This document shows positions 22,299-32,059 of a stretch of 32,059 bases of DNA, in pieces (within the stretch, counting starts at the first letter, position 1; the number at the start of each line of letters is the position of its first letter). The DNA is from Octopus bimaculoides. Its lineage: Eukaryota. The stretch spans positions 61,741,468 through 61,773,526 of the forward strand of contig NC_068992.1 in assembly GCF_001194135.2 (NCBI RefSeq), written 5' to 3'. Position numbers and translations under genes: made by a program. Below the pieces are notes generated by a model. The model did not search any database. It saw nothing but the letters and a program-made list of their open reading frames with translations, and had not been told where the DNA came from.

Positions 22299-22664
22299 TT
22301 ATTAAAAATAAATGAATTTCTTAGCATGGAGACATTTCAAACTGACATTATTGTAGTGAGTCAGAATTGTAACACCTGACTGAACTGAGGGAAAATAAGA
22401 CAAGTGTTTGGTGAAAAACTGGCTTTCATGAACAAACTATGTCCTGATGTATTAGTATGGCTGCAAGCTATAACATGTGATTACACAGTGTCTGTTGTGT
22501 TAATTAGTATGGCTCAATTCGTTATGTCTCACTAACAACAACCATAGCAATCAATAACAGTTGGGGAAAATGATGAACTCACTGACCAGCTGTTGCTTTT
22601 GTGTTTGTCCTCATTCAATGTTCTGAAAATCCAGTAAAATTGACGAAAAGGAGGCATCATCTTG

Positions 22665-22857
22665 TGTTACTTAACCTGCAGGTCAAATTTGATTAAGTAA
22701 ACCTATACTCAAAACATTCCAGGCACAATCATCTCATCTTATTTATAGACAACACATCCAACATTGTATTAACCAAAATGTTTTTTTTGTTTTGATTTTT
22801 TTAAAAGATGGTATTGCATAGTTTGAGGGGAATTTGATTGTTGTTTTTAGCAAGGAC
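22665..22857. repeat. Family D repeat, copy 2 (opposite orientation)
   Basis: aaaacattccaggcacaatcatctcatc...gtttgaggggaatttgattgttgtttttagcaagg is complementary to 28150-28190 and 11130-11295. Confidence 0.5.
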
Positions 22858-23365
22858 CATGCATACACTTTTTCCAAGTTGATAGGAGTTGGACAAAACT
22901 TATCAAGGTAATATTTCTATAGTTCCATAGCTGGATACTCTGCCTGACTCCAATCCTTGTTTTACACATAACATACTCTACTCTACATCACTTGCTGAAC
23001 TGCTGAGCTGGCAGGCTTCGAGCTTATGTGATACATAAACAGTGTTACTATGCAAGGAGTTTGAATGTAAAAGCAAATGCATGCATGCACACACACACAC
23101 ACACAATGGGTATCTACACAAATTTCTCTTTCCCTAAATGGCATGCAATTGCTTAGGTGGTCAATAGAATGATTGAGGGATAGGTATTTGCATGGATGCA
23201 TACATACTTTACAATGAAAGACAAAATTTGAACACAATATTTTACTGTGAGTGTGCGCAGAAAATTGCTTATCAGGAACCTTAATTTTCAGTGTTACCCA
23301 TTCTCTTGATTTTTACTGCCATCATAAATCATCATCAACTTATTGATTATTACAACTATATTTAA

Positions 23366-23603
23366 CCCTTTTATTGTGGAAAGCAGATATGTCCACTAAA
23401 AATTCCATTGCCCTTAACTATGGAAAACAGTTTTGTATACCAATCTATATTTTGTTGAGGAATATCAACTTTGAAACAATTTTTTTGTTGAGATATATCA
23501 AGTTTACTAAGGCAACATGCAAAAAATATCCATTTTTTTTTTTTTTTTTTTTGCTAGACATCATTACTGGAATTACATGAAATACAATTTCACAGTTAAA
23601 GGG
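23366..23603. mobile_element. Possible piggyBac-like MITE
   Basis: ttaa|cccttttattgtggaaa ... atttcacagttaaaggg|tgaa; about 13/17 terminal inverted match, TTAA and TGAA flanks. Confidence 0.4.
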
Positions 23604-24484
23604 TGAATATATAACTCAACTTAGGTTCTATCTTTTCTTTCTATTACAGACTAAATACACAGTATATTTTACTGAGTGTTATCAAATGTAGAAGTAGCTG
23701 TAGTGGTTTTTAGAAATAGAAATAAATTAGTTCTATTACACAAAGAAGAAGGTGTTTCATTTGAAAATTATCCAAATAAAAATCTATGTGCCAGTAACAA
23801 GTTTGATCTGATTGGTCAGTGACATGTTTGAAGTTTTCCTCCTCTCCATCTCTCTTATGTAAAATGAGGTCAATTTTCGTTGGGGAGAATAATATATACC
23901 ATTTCAAAACTGATGGCTTTTCTTATAGATTTTGTGATTGATTTTCTTTTATTTAAATGTTGGCTTGACTATCATTTACAGCTGAGTGCAAATAGCCTTT
24001 GGGTGGATATTTGTCTGTGTGAACCCGTGTTTAAATGTATAGAAATCATAACACAAGGACCTCTATTTTATAATACTTAGCAGTGAAAGAGTAGATTTGC
24101 AGATACTATTTAAATTGGGTTTTGTAAGTCCAAACACACAGTACCAACCCTGAAAATCTCTCAAACTTACATTATAAAAATGTATTTGAGAAGATTCCCA
24201 AACTCCAGCTTGATGGACACTGAGAAATCTAAGAATAAAGGGTTGAAGTCATATTCAAAAATGCATAAACAAGGACAGAATTTGTAGCAAATTCAGAGAA
24301 TAGAGTACATAGCGCACTTCTACTAACTAAAATTCTGAGAAAAAATACAGTTGGAGTTCATGACTGAATCACATTGAGAACATTATATTTAATCTGCTGC
24401 TTCTTCCTTGCTAAAAAAAAGTCCCAAATCTGGAAGAATTTAAAAGTCAACATTTTAGTTAGTAACTGAAAGCTAACACCGATG

Positions 24485-25251
24485 TCAGGTGATCTTGATC
24501 AGTGTGTAGGAAGGCAATAACCTGGACTCAGAGTTGTATAAGCATTGTATGTAAATGGTACACAAAACTTGAAGTGAGACCTCTACTAGACAAGGCCCAA
24601 GACTTTTGATGTAGCAGATCTACAGGAACAGTGACACCCATGAAGTTCGTGAAGATTTAGATAGATTCTATAACCCATTTGACTAAATAATACTAGAAAT
24701 GGATGTAATGAAAGGAGGGCAGGTAGACTAAATGAAATATGCAAAAGGAACATTAGGATACACAGCAATGAGATGTCGGTAGTGAATACGAAAGTTTTGT
24801 TGTGGCTGAAAATAAGGTAAGATGCATTATGTGAACTTGCATGGAAGTTTGTGCACAAGCTTATTAGAAAAATAGCTAGTAATTAATTATAGGCACAAAC
24901 TAATGTATAACAAGAGAAAAAAATCACTGTACTGTCTGGTTAGTAGAGCTGAATAGATAGAAGATTAGTGCTAGATGAAAATATACTGTACTGACTGTTG
25001 TAGGGAACCCTAGTAAGAGAAAACTAACCAAGAGATGAGTAATAGTACTTAAAGTTCTCAAGATGCTGAGACTCATGTGATTTAGAGCCATAACAATTTG
25101 TGTTGTACTGAAGGTATGCAGCAAGTTGTATTGCAGTCATGTCTGCATTGCAATAAGCTGCATTGCAGGCACATGTGTGTGACAAGTCACATTGCAGGTG
25201 TACATGCAACAAGATGCATTGTAGGACTGGGACAAGTCATACGGCAGATAT
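24485..25251 (+). mobile_element. Very old RTE-like LINE remnant with large deletions and a 3' tandem repeat
   Basis: SGDLDQC..AIT then frameshifted SELYK (resembles GD..DC.NYRGITLTSVLYK), and VVGNPSKRKLTKR*VIVLKVLKMLRL resembling the RTE C-terminus at 1165 and 20255. Confidence 0.35.
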
Positions 25252-26244
25252 GGTCAATAACACATGCCATGATGATGTGTATTCTACTGCAGATATGTCT
25301 ACACAAACATGCTTCAAATGATAAAATAGATTTTTGAAATGATAAATTCTAGAAGGATCTCAGTCATTGGACAACTGCCAAATTGAGATATTGTCAACAA
25401 TGGTTTTGGCTGATAATATTGACTACAGTACTTGCTCTGACATTTATGTAAGTGACCTTGCAGGAAGGCAAAAGGAAAAGCTGAGTGGGCATAAAGGGAG
25501 ATAACCAAGATAGGTTGACATACAATGGATTTTTTATCAACACTAATTCTGTTGTCTCATGCTAATAAATGTACACATAGAAACATAAGCATACAACTGA
25601 CTTTTGTACAGTTTTCATTTACCAAATTTAATTCACAAGGTGCTTCATGTGCAATCAAACTCCCAACTACATGGTTGCAAAGCAATAGCATAATAATTTC
25701 AGAGAAAACTTGATTTGCGATAGAAATGGTTTAGTAAGGTTTCTCATACTGAAATTATAGCTGTGAATTCTTGCTTAGCCACCCTCGTGGAACAAAAAAA
25801 CCCAAATAAGCGAAACATTTGATCAGTAGTTTTAAAAGTAGTTACTCTGTCTTTATTGTAGAACATGTAGTCTTAGGTTTTAAAACTTAAAACATGATCC
25901 CCAAATTAAAGACCATCATTAATTATAATCCCATTCACATGTAGGAAGCATTATAAGAATATCAGTTAACCAATCCCAGTACTTGACTGGCATTTATTTT
26001 GAAGAAGTTACCGCATGTTCTTCAAGGTCACTTCAAACAGTGTTTCTCAATGGTAAATCCAAAGCCCAGATTAGTATTATTAAATCAATCCATTATTACA
26101 TCAGACAAAAAGGCACCGGTCATATAAGTTGGCTTGTAGTTAGTTTTATGAAAAGCATTAAAATAATGATATTTACTCATATACATAAGAATACTTGAAC
26201 ATAAACAATACTTAACTGTTTACACACACGTACAAGGTTTAGTT

Positions 26245-26598
26245 GCCTCACCTGTTTCTAAGCAAGGTAATATTTCCCCATGGCTGGACATGCTTTCATG
26301 AAAGATTGGAAATAAGAGACTGCTTGTATAACAGTAATACTTGCTTATAATTACCCCATGATGGCAACACAAGAAGGTACAGATACACATAGACATACAC
26401 ACACAAACATATATATTACACATACACACACACACATACAATGGACTGCTTTCAGTTTTCACCTACCAAATCCACTGACAAGGCTTTGGTCAGCCAAAAC
26501 CATAACAGAAGATACTTGCACAAGATGCAACATACTGGGATAGAACCTGAAACTACATGGTTGAGAAGTGAACTTAACTATACCATCATATTTGCACC
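26245..26598 (-). mobile_element. Type A2 SINE
   Basis: cacctgtttctaagcaaggtaatatttccccatggc...ctttcagttttcacctaccaaatccactgacaaggctttgg...gggatagaacctgaaactacatggttgagaag. Confidence 0.75.
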
Positions 26599-26890
26599 TT
26601 TAATATTGATAAATATTCCAGAATAGACAGAATGGATGTTAAAATAAGCTAAAACACAACAAAGAGAATTGCTGTCACAAGTGGAAGTCAAAAGAAATAT
26701 TACTTAATTTGTTCCCACTCCAGCCATACTTGAATAATCTAATAAGCAGAACTTAGTTATTAGCTCCAATAAATGAGAAGGTAAAACTATGAGCTAATTA
26801 GACTTATGACATTATATGTGTATTTCCAATCAATGAATCTATAAACTGGTCACACCTCATCAAACAACTCACTACATAAATAATTACATC

Positions 26891-27505
26891 AATAATAATA
26901 ATAATGGTTTCAGATTTTGACACAAGGCCAGTAATTTGGGAGTAAGGAATAAGTCAATTGCATCAACCCCTGTGATCAACTAGTACTTTATGAACCCTAA
27001 AAGGATGAAAAGCAAAGTCAACCTTAGCAGAATTTGAACTCAGAGCGCAAAGACGGACAAAATGCTGCTAAGCATTTTGACTGGCATGCTAACGAATCTG
27101 CCAGCTTGTCACCACATCAGTAATGATGACGATTTCAAAATTTGGTACAAGACAAGCAGTTTCAGAGTAGGGATAAAGAGAATTAGATTGACCACGGTGT
27201 TCTAAGTTTATTGGCCCTGAAAGGATGAAAGGCAAAGTTGACCTTGGCAGAATTTGAACTCAGAACATAAAGACAGATGAAATGCTGCTAAGCATTTTAC
27301 CCAGTGTGCTAATGATTCTGCCAGCTTATCGCCTCATCAACAATAATAATATTATTGGTTTCAAACTTTGGTACAAGGCCAGCAATTTCAGGGAAGGAAT
27401 TAAGTCAATTACATCAAGTCCAGTGCTTGCCTGGTAATTTTTCAACCCCAAAAGGATGAAAGGTAAAGTCAACATCAGCAGAATGTTAACTCAAGAATGT
27501 AAAGA
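26891..27505 (-). mobile_element. Three tandem type B SINEs (26891-27110, 27121-27330, 27341-27505)
   Basis: Each has acaaggccag..aattt, aaaggatgaaa.gcaaagtc and gcagaatttgaactcag; the third lacks its head, which is replaced by an RTE tail. Confidence 0.85.
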
Positions 27506-27509
27506 GCCA

Positions 27510-27748
27510 GGTCGAGCATGGTCGATGCTAATACCACATGACTGGCTCTCATGCCAGTGGCACGTACAAGCACCCACTACACTTTTGGGGTGGTTGGTGT
27601 TAGGAAGGGCATCCACCTGTGGAAATTTTACCAGGTCAGATTGGAGCCTAGTGCAGCCTTCTGGCTCGCCACCCCCCATCAAACCGTTCAACTGATGCCA
27701 GCATGGAAAGCAGATGTTAAACAACAACGACGATGATGATGATGATGA
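27510..27748 (+). mobile_element. RTE LINE 3' UTR fragment
   Basis: gccagtggcacgtacaagcaccc...ggttggtgttaggaagggcatcc...gcatggaaagcagatgttaaacaacaacgac(GAT)n. Confidence 0.8.
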
Positions 27749-27944
27749 AGTTACTAACCGAAATAAGTGGATCTATTGTTTAGGAAAATACTATTTACTT
27801 GTTTAAGGGTTGCATTGGAGAAATTGCGAAAATAACTAACAGTTCAAATACTAAGAAATAAGCATACTTAATTTGATTTATACCAAGTAATATAGGAAAA
27901 TTAATGGGTTATTTCCCTTGGCTGTTAAAATAAAATATATTAGG

Positions 27945-28135
27945 TTGTATAAGAATCCCTTCCAGGAGCCCTATTTTCGATTTTTTTCAACAATCGGAGT
28001 ATGCCATGAGGTTTCCAGGCACGAGTTCTATTCACATGTCAAGTTTTATCAAAATTGATAAAACTTGTAAGAGGAGTTAGCTAACAACACCACAAACAAA
28101 CACACTCACAGACAGGATTTCCCACATATGTGGTA
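27945..28135 (+). mobile_element. Possible non-autonomous Helitron/Helentron-like remnant
   Basis: catgtcaagttttatcaaaatt...gaggagttagctaacaacaccacaaacaaacacactcacagaca resembles the caagtttcatcaaaatc...acaaacagacagac motif of such elements (recall only). Confidence 0.3.
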
Positions 28136-28149
28136 GAATAGTTGACAAC

Positions 28150-28320
28150 ACAACCTGCTAAAAATAGCAGCCAAATCTTCCTCAAAATCCTGGTTTCTTT
28201 TAATAAAAACACAATATTGAAATAGGAGATAGACTATGATTAATTAAAAATGGGATAGTCTGGAGTACCTGTAACCATAAGTCTCTTAGGCTAGGATTGG
28301 CTTAAACAACAACAACAACA
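28150..28320. repeat. Family D repeat, copy 3
   Basis: cctgctaaaaatagcagccaaatcttcctcaaa...gggatagtctggagtacc, ending in (AAC)n. Confidence 0.5.
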
Positions 28321-28615
28321 ACTGAAAGTCTCATTATACAGATGACCATCCTGATTTCCTATTTTCTAGAAAGATCTATCTTCACAAACAAAATCAATTA
28401 GTCATGAATATTGACAAGGAATTACTAAAGATACACAATGCTTAGGGAGAACTCATATCCTGGAAAAAGGAAGACACATGATTCATATATAGAAAATCTA
28501 AATCTAAATTACTGTGACAAACAGACATGCATTAAAGATGGAAACATTTGGACTGACTAGGTATAAATGTCATGTACATGATTTCTCTTTATCTAAATTT
28601 AAAGGATAAAGAGTC

Positions 28616-29469
28616 TTGGGTAAGATGGGTAAATTGTCACCATTTTATATTTTTAATTTTGCTCATTCACATTGTTTGTTTTTGATTTTGTTGACTACAC
28701 AGTATCATAGGGTCAGTTGGGCACCATTTGTGATAAAAACAGCACCAATTTGGAAACAAAATGCTGTACTGCTTGGCATTTGCACCAGAAGCACCAACAC
28801 GAACATTTCAGAGTGTTTCAGTGTCAATCTTAGGACAGTGCAATCTGCGGACATGTACCAAGAGGGATAAAAATCAAACATCCAGTCAACATCATGGTGT
28901 TTGGAGTGATCACTAGTGATGACAACGTTATGCTTCCATACAATCTTCCAACACGGCCTTACACTCAACACAGAGGTCATCAAGTGCCTGGTGGAGGTAG
29001 TGCTGCCCTGGAGCAAGAGGGTGGCTGCTGTTAGACCCTATGTCTGGCAACAGGATTCTGCACCATGCCATACAAGAAGGAAAACCCAGTGATGGTGGTC
29101 AGACAATTTCTGCAACCACACCACCCCTAACATCTGGCCACCTAACTCCTCAGACTGCAACCCCCTTGGTCTCTCACAGTTGAGTGAGAGACCAACAAAA
29201 CTCCTTGTAACACCAAAGATGAACTGAAGGCAAAGATTATGGCAGCATTCACTAACTTAAACAAGGAGACCGTCAGGAAAAGTTGCAGGAGATTCCAAAG
29301 TCGTCTGGAGGCCGTAGTTGAAGCCAATGGAGATTTTATTGAATTAACTTACTCCTTAGTATTTCAAGATATTTTTATGTAATTTTGGTAAATATATCTG
29401 TTAAAATGAGATATCAGTGTTATTTTCATTTTTGCGTAATTTAGACGACAGTTTATTCACCACACCCTG
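28616..29469 (+). mobile_element. Second DD37D (maT-type) transposon, internally deleted, different subfamily
   Basis: Right end acagtttattcaccacaccctg then TA (29470-29471); degenerate left end tgggtaagatgggtaaattgtc (15/22); KHPVNIMVFGVITSD, VWQQDSAPCHT and IWPPNSSDCNPLG with 37 residues between the D2 and D3 positions; SDEK region absent. Confidence 0.85.
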
Positions 29470-29550
29470 TATATGTTGAGAAAGTAAACACCAGCTTCAA
29501 ACATAAAGCAGTTATCTATTTTAGTAATCTGTACGCAATACTTAAAAGCA

Positions 29551-29985
29551 TATCATCATCATCATCATCATCGTTTAACGTCCGTTTTCCATGCTAGCAT
29601 GGGTTGGACGATTTGACTGAGGACTGGTGAAACCGGATGGCAACACCAGGCTCCAATCTAATTTGGCAGAGTTTCTACAGCTGGATGCCCTTCCTAATGC
29701 CAACCACTCAGAGAGTGTAGTGGGTGCTTTTACGTGTCACCCGCACGAAAACGGCCACGCTCGAAATGATGTCTTTTATGTGCCACCCGCACAAGCCAGT
29801 CCAGGGGCACTGGCAACGATCTCACTCGAAAATCCTACGGGAGCCAGTCAGGCGGTACTGGCAACGGCCACGCTCAAAATGGTGCATCTCATGTGCCACC
29901 CGCACAAGAGCCAGTCCAGGGGCACTGGCAACGATCTTACTTGGCTTGCCGGGTCTTCTCACGCACAGCACATTTCCAAAGGTCT
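29551..29985 (-). mobile_element. Young 5'-truncated RTE LINE copy
   Basis: Minus strand begins DLWKCAVREKTRQAK*, then a CpG-rich 3' UTR and (ATG)n tail; flanked by catat-like short duplication. Confidence 0.85.
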
Positions 29986-30345
29986 CATATATGCTGTTAA
30001 AAGTCTTCTCAGTCTTGGTACTTGTCTTGAGAAAACATCTCATGGAGAAATAGTGTTAAAAAACACATACATCAGCAGCAGGTGAAAAGTACCCAGTAGT
30101 GACAGTGGTATTGCTAAATCTGGATTTCTGCTATTTTTGAGCTTCATCAGTAGCAAGTATCCGCTGGCATTGCATGTTGAATGTAACATCAGTGACCATT
30201 CAGTCACTGTTGAACTGTAACAGGTAGCAGCCAATTTTCACTTCGCATGCAAACAGAATTAAAACATGATTAGCAATAGAAAGAGTATTAGTTCAAATTA
30301 GCAATCTGTATAGCATACATAAAGCATATATACTGTTGAAAGCCT

Positions 30346-30655
30346 TGGTTTGGTCTGGTGAAGAGGTTGTGCCCATAGCTTTTTAGGGCCTCTCAGATCT
30401 GAGATCAACACTATGCTCCACATGAACATTTGGAAGTTAGATGCAAGATGGGTATGTGCAGGGTGAGAATTCAAGAAAGCTGACGCTTGACATAGTACTC
30501 AATATATCATTTAACTCTGATGAGGGTGGAGTGAATACAAGATGGATGATGAGAGGAGGTAAATGAGATGAGGATGCCTGAATGGAGATAGCACAAGATC
30601 AACCAGAAGTGAAGAACAAAGGCCATTGTTGAGGGGGGCAGAGAGAAGACACAGC
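30346..30655 (-). mobile_element. CR1/Jockey-group LINE 3' fragment, related to 18437-19480
   Basis: NNGLCSSLLVDLV..NSHPAHTHLASNFQMF; end ctgagaggccctaaaaagctatgggcacaacctcttcaccagacc resembles ctgagatggcctgcaagggttgtgggctgtgccccttccttcagactc. Confidence 0.6.
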
Positions 30656-30666
30656 ACTTCAGCAGA

Positions 30667-30729
30667 AAAGCAGTTATCTATTTTAGTAATCTGTACGCAA
30701 TACTTAAAAACACATATGCTGTTAAAAGT
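30667..30729. repeat. Local direct duplicate of 29505-29547 plus 29988-30004
   Basis: 43-bp exact match aaagcagttatctattttagtaatctgtacgcaatacttaaaa, followed by catatgctgttaaaagt. Confidence 0.9.
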
Positions 30730-30891
30730 TGAGATAATTCCTTGAAAAACAAAACAGGACTCTAGAGAATGGACCAAGTGTTTCATTATTTTACACTACC
30801 TGAATCCACCAACTTACACAGAAGAATAGTTACTGCTAATTCTTTCTCCCATGCTTATTTTCATTTTTTTTTTTTTTGCATTATCAAATTA

Positions 30892-31335
30892 ATCATCATT
30901 AGCATCATATTCACATCTGCTTTTCCATGCTTGCATGAGTCAGACTGAATTTATTGGGGCAGATTCTCTATGGTCATATACCCTTCCCACCACCAACACA
31001 CACTTATTTCCAAACAAGGTAATAATATTTCCCCATGCCTGAACATGTTTGTGCAGAAGACTGAAAATGAATTACACTGCTTGTATAACAGTGACACACA
31101 TTTTCAATAAACATGCAATGTCAAGATAAGGAGACACCAACATTCATACACTTACATCTGAATGTATACATATGATGGTCTTCTTTCAGTTTCCATCAAC
31201 CAGATCCACTCACAAGGCTTTGGTAGGCCCAGAGTTACAGTTGAAGACAATTGCAGAAGGTGCCACACTGTGAGACTGAACCTGAAACTATATGGTTGAG
31301 AAGCAAACTTCTGAATAACACAGTCATGCATGGGC
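30892..31335 (-). mobile_element. Type A2 SINE, near full length
   Basis: atcatcattagcatc...ttttccatgcttgcatg...cttctttcagtttccatcaaccagatccactcacaaggctttgg...gactgaacctgaaac. Confidence 0.8.
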
Positions 31336-31710
31336 CTGTTAATAAATCAATCCCATTGAAACAGTTTACTTAATAGTAGGTATATCTTATGAATATGATG
31401 GAATTATAATTCACCTAAACAAAAACAGACACTTTTTAATGAAATTAAAATTGCATAAACAGTTACAAGCTTATTCAAACATGTGTTCTATTCAGATCAC
31501 TGATTAATTTCAAAGAAAGTAATAATACAATATTAGTTTCCAAGACAATATTTTCTGAGAAAAGTTAAGGGGGAAAGAGAAAGCCATTGTTACAACTCAT
31601 TCATTTTTGTCAGTTAGATACATAAATTATTTGCACTAGCATAAGTCATAGATATAGTGGCTTTTTGTTTAATTCACAAGATGATGCATCAAGATATATC
31701 TATATATATA

Positions 31711-32059
31711 CTAGCAGCTAAGCCCGGTTTCACCCGGTCAGAGAGCGATGCGAAGAGAGAAACGAAGACATTAAAAAGAGGAAGAAGTGGATACGAAGTG
31801 GTGTTTGGGTGACGGATCTTGGTAGAAAAAAAAGAATGTCATGGTGAGTTAATAGGGAGAGCAAAGCAAGACTGGACTTACATGGGCTGGCAGGACGATG
31901 AAAAAATTGCGGAGTTGAAATTAGAGCAGTTGAAGTTGCCGTTGTTATCATTAGAGTGCCTCTTGGTAGACAACATTCTTTGTACTTTCCTCAGGTGCAC
32001 AAATAGAAAGACCCTGGAGACAGCCAACATACAGTTGTGCGTGTGAGAATACTTGATCT
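31711..32059 (-). mobile_element. Helitron 3' end (element continues beyond the window)
   Basis: Minus strand ends gaccgggtgaaaccgggc hairpin (31722-31739), 7 nt, CTAG, then T of a (TA)n target; helicase C-terminus upstream. Confidence 0.85.
31951..32058 (-). pseudogene. Helitron RepHel (Pif1-family helicase) C-terminal fragment
   Basis: DQVFSHAQLYVGCLQGLSICAPEESTKNVVYQEAL* matches Pif1 motif VI FSHGQLYVA.SRV and the ..TKNVVY.E.L end; SRV survives out of frame (tcc agg gtc), indicating compensating indels. Confidence 0.8.

Noticed and set aside
2181-27505. Regularly spaced repeats (63-bp array, 27-bp array, SINE triplet) as CRISPR-like arrays
   Set aside because: Repeats are degenerate, lack unique constant-length spacers, the DNA is eukaryotic and there are no cas genes
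29627-30085. 152-aa and 109-aa plus-strand ORFs
   Set aside because: Antisense to the GC-rich RTE 3' UTR; the internal peptide repeat simply reflects the 113-bp DNA duplication
5770-30218. Other minus-strand splice-bounded segments (about 5770-5830, 18185-18245, 30070-30218)
   Set aside because: The first two have stops in all frames and the third has no recognisable product; such signals are common by chance in AT-rich DNA

Overview
AT-rich eukaryotic DNA made mostly of transposable-element debris and microsatellites, with two assembly gaps (4260-4615, 7375-7533). I recognise the repeat families as octopus-like (coleoid cephalopod); this is inference from recall, not a database result. No host protein-coding gene, RNA gene or CRISPR array is supported, and nearly all ORF-track entries are microsatellite, N-gap or antisense-TE artefacts. 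Coding remnants that are supported: two decayed DD37D (maT-type) Tc1/mariner transposases, a CR1/Jockey-group LINE reverse transcriptase plus a second 3' fragment, RTE-clade LINE 3' ends of several ages, and the C-terminus and 3' terminus of a Helitron RepHel element at the window end. There are about 25 tRNA-derived SINE copies in three modular types (labelled A1, A2 and B here). The most interesting observations are structural: a foldback MITE inserted in a SINE with an 8-bp target duplication, a local duplication preserving both filled and empty versions of an RTE insertion site, a SINE triplet with shared spacers, a compact palindrome/direct-repeat cluster, and a speculative phase-compatible minus-strand exon chain. 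I found no convincing new biological system. Element boundaries are approximate unless termini are quoted.
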